A model generated the notes under the pieces. It searched no databases. It was not told the origin of the DNA and was given only the letters and a program-made list of their open reading frames with translations. The position numbers and the translations under genes were made by a program. A stretch of 64,000 bases of DNA from an uncultured bacterium (GTDB taxonomy: Bacteria > CSSED10-310), in assembly GCA_964404285.1 (NCBI GenBank), contig CAYOJK010000012.1, positions 11,494-75,493 on the forward strand. Reading direction: 5' to 3'. This document shows, in pieces, positions 61,140-64,000 of the stretch (the stretch's first letter is position 1; each line of letters opens with the position of its first letter).

Positions 61140-64000
61140 GGTCTATCACCGCGTGTGCGGGGGAAACTGTACTGACAAGATTATGTCAAATACTGCAATG
61201 GGTCTATCACCGCGTGTGCGGGGGAAACAGGAGCGCCTTTTGGTGTGTCTATGGTATAAAAGGTCTATCACCGCGTGTGCGGGGGAAACGCGCTCTGGCA
61301 AGGGAATCATCTTGGGGTCAGAGGTCTATCACCGCGTGTGCGGGGGAAACCTGTCGTTTTAACTTTGTGCTATAGCATATAAGGGTCTATCACCGCGTGT
61401 GCGGGGGAAACTTTGGTACAGTACTTTGCCGCTAACATTATATAGGTCTATCACCGCGTGTGCGGGGGAAACTCGTGTTCACCGACATATACACTGATCG
61501 TGTCAGGTCTATCACCGCGTGTGCGGGGGAAACTGCACGTGCAGAATCTGCATCAAAAGTGCAAAAGGTCTATCACCGCGTGTGCGGGGGAAACTCTCAC
61601 GAATTGAGTATAGGTGCTTCAAACGCAGGTCTATCACCGCGTGTGCGGGGGAAACGCAAACTGATGCAGGCAATACAAGTAATTCAAGGGTCTATCACCG
61701 CGTGTGCGGGGGAAACAATCCCTGTTATTTATCCACGCCATCTTGCATGGGTCTATCACCGCGTGTGCGGGGGAAACTTCCACAGCTTTATATGGGCAAG
61801 CCTAAGTAACGGTCTATCACCGCGTGTGCGGGGGAAACCATAAATTGAATATATTTACCGGTTGATAAATAGGTCTATCACCGCGTGTGCGGGGGAAACG
61901 TAGGCTGGCTTGGACGCATGGTACATGAACGGGGTCTATCACCGCGTGTGCGGGGGAAACTTGAGGAGAGGAATTCTATATCTTTTACGATGAGGTCTAT
62001 CACCGCGTGTGCGGGGGAAACGCGAATCGACTTAAAACAAACAAAGAAGAAGGCGGTCTATCACCGCGTGTGCGGGGGAAACTTTATCGATAATGCCGAG
62101 GGCATTGTGTCGAAAGGTCTATCACCGCGTGTGCGGGGGAAACCCCAAGGGCTCTAGCTAGTTATTTAGGTTGTAGGGTCTATCACCGCGTGTGCGGGGG
62201 AAACAGGGGGGGGTAATTTATCATCGTGAGCTATCAGGGGTCTATCACCGCGTGTGCGGGGGAAACTGCTGATTTTAATATCAGCGTGCGATTGACTGAG
62301 GTCTATCACCGCGTGTGCGGGGGAAACCAAACTTTTAACGAGGTACGTCGCGACGTCAAAGGTCTATCACCGCGTGTGCGGGGGAAACGCCGCAAGTGTA
62401 GCAATCTTCGAGTCAGTAACAGGTCTATCACCGCGTGTGCGGGGGAAACTCTTTTTTCATTATTTATATCCTTTATAAATGAGGTCTATCACCGCGTGTG
62501 CGGGGGAAACCCATAGCGCCACGTAGCCGCGGCTATTGCGTGAGGTCTATCACCGCGTGTGCGGGGGAAACGCGATGATGGTACACGCCAAGGGTTATAA
62601 GATAGGTCTATCACCGCGTGTGCGGGGGAAACAGCACAAAACTAACAATTATCTGATATCTGAAAGGTCTATCACCGCGTGTGCGGGGGAAACATTTTGC
62701 GATGTTTTCGAGCATCTGTTGCGGTGGGTCTATCACCGCGTGTGCGGGGGAAACCGATATCAACATATTCGATTGATAGGTTTTTCAGGTCTATCACCGC
62801 GTGTGCGGGGGAAACGCCCGCTGTATTCATCTTGTGAAACAGTAACAAGGTCTATCACCGCGTGTGCGGGGGAAACATAAATCGGCGGTTTAGATTAAAA
62901 TCTTGATTGGGTCTATCACCGCGTGTGCGGGGGAAACTCAATTAATCTCTTCAGATTTAATTTTTTAGTAGGTCTATCACCGCGTGTGCGGGGGAAACGT
63001 CAATTTTTTAAACAGAAACTTTTTTATAACAGGTCTATCACCGCGTGTGCGGGGGAAACTAAAAACGGCAATGTTACCGCTTGCGCGTTTGAGGTCTATC
63101 ACCGCGTGTGCGGGGGAAACCGCGTCAGAATCGATTTAGATGTCAGATGATGAGGTCTATCACCGCGTGTGCGGGGGAAACTGTATTTATGTCAATTTTA
63201 TCGCTCTCTGTCGGGGTCTATCACCGCGTGTGCGGGGGAAACAGTTGATGATGTGTTTTTGTTCGATCTTTTTTGGGTCTATCACCGCGTGTGCGGGGGA
63301 AACTGATTTTTAGCTATGTTAGTATTAAGATAGCGGGGTCTATCACCGCGTGTGCGGGGGAAACGTACCGCGTCTTGCGGTAGCGATAAAATCAATGGGT
63401 CTATCACCGCGTGTGCGGGGGAAACCAGTAAAAGTAAAAGACATTCACAATATCGAAGGGTCTATCACCGCGTGTGCGGGGGAAACTGAAAAAAATCTTT
63501 AGCTGAAATCTGATATCGGGGTCTATCACCGCGTGTGCGGGGGAAACTTTTTTACGGATTTTTTTTACGGATTTTTTAGGGGTCTATCACCGCGTGTGCG
63601 GGGGAAACTTTCATATTAGGTACGTCACTGTCGAATCAAAAGGTCTATCACCGCGTGTGCGGGGGAAACTAATATGAAAGGTACAAGTCATGAAAGATAA
63701 AAGGTCTATCACCGCGTGTGCGGGGGAAACATTAGCTCCGATTTTCTGGCTCTATATATGGAAGGTCTATCACCGCGTGTGCGGGGGAAACGGGCAATCA
63801 TCGCGAGTAAAATAGTGTTCTTAAGGTCTATCACCGCGTGTGCGGGGGAAACTTTCTCCAGTGGGTGATTCGATCCGTGTCCATGGGTCTATCACCGCGT
63901 GTGCGGGGGAAACTCTGCCAAATAGTCGCCGACAGGTGAAAACAGGGGTCTATCACCGCGTGTGCGGGGGAAACGATAGATGATGTCAGAAAGGCGCTTG
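61140..64000 (-). CRISPR. CRISPR array, >=47 repeats, runs off the window end. 28-nt repeat GGTCTATCACCGCGTGTGCGGGGGAAAC (+ strand), 33-nt spacers, 61-nt period. Repeat read on the minus strand (GTTTCCCCCGCACACGCGGTGATAGACC) resembles type I-E repeats.
   Basis: Perfectly conserved direct repeats every 61 nt from 61140 to 63974, with unique spacers. 61-nt periodicity and the CCCGCACACGCGG stem core with a 3' '...GATAGACC' handle are like I-E arrays (E. coli 29+32; S. thermophilus CRISPR4). No cas genes in the window. Confidence 0.95.

Noticed and set aside
61052-63150. Multiple 60-130-aa ORFs in the six-frame track with recurring 'ITACAGET' / 'VYHRVCGGN' / 'GLSPRVRGK' peptides
   Set aside because: They are translations of the CRISPR repeat in three frames, not genes.
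61140-64000. Assigning the array to type I-F (28-nt repeat) or I-C/I-B on the basis of the 3' GAAAC
   Set aside because: I-F repeats have a different sequence and a 60-nt period. The reverse-complement similarity to I-E repeats and the 61-nt period fit better. Subtype remains unproven without cas genes.
1-64000. Mobile elements / prophage / integrase / tRNA genes
   Set aside because: No transposase, integrase or phage structural motifs were seen in any long ORF, and no cloverleaf-like tRNA candidates by eye. Absence of tRNAs is not certain without tRNAscan.

Overview
This 64 kb window looks like a mostly chromosomal, accessory-flavoured region from a Gram-negative bacterium; lineage cannot be assigned from sequence alone (mid-range GC, many TPR/sulfatase-family/glycosyltransferase genes, sigma-54 regulators). 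It has four main parts.

1. Housekeeping and envelope genes (1-20 kb): an Slt-type lytic transglycosylase, lysS, a tandemly duplicated pair of sulfatase-family (alkaline-phosphatase superfamily, Thr-nucleophile) genes with a lysS 5' pseudo-fragment between them, an NCS2 purine permease, mscL, a B12-binding radical-SAM gene next to a GT1-like glycosyltransferase and cvpA, and asnS.

2. Glycan / membrane-protein genes (17-29 kb): GT-C-like membrane glycosyltransferases, TPR proteins and a 1025-aa MTase-like + 2xGT2 enzyme. These are followed by an unusual trio of SPFH (HflK/HflC-like) genes, the first of which is fused to a 6-TM cation-diffusion-facilitator-like membrane domain. Next comes an FHA-GAF sigma-54-activator-like regulator whose AAA+ motifs (Walker A, GAFTGA, Walker B) are degenerate.

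3. Protease, cell-wall and lipid genes (29-53 kb): two separate tldD/pmbA pairs, and a peptidoglycan-associated block (LpoB-like lipoprotein, beta-helix protein, PBP5-type DD-carboxypeptidase, and a 1103-aa periplasmic protein with about 12 tandem ~26-aa 'GxDxY...SQGAA' repeats plus HEAT repeats). Also here are a domain-minimal PspF-like sigma-54 activator, plsC, GT2, and an ABC-2 exporter operon.

4. Olefin cluster and CRISPR array (53-64 kb): msrB-msrA fusion, then a canonical oleABCD (head-to-head olefin / beta-lactone hydrocarbon) cluster, a truncated carboxypeptidase-regulatory-domain gene remnant, and a large CRISPR array (at least 47 repeats, 61-nt period) that runs off the end of the window. 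The repeat, read on the minus strand, resembles type I-E repeats. No cas genes are present in the window, so they are presumably beyond its 3' edge.

No transposases, integrases or rRNA/tRNA genes were recognised. All calls are from reading the sequence and ORF translations; no database searches were run.
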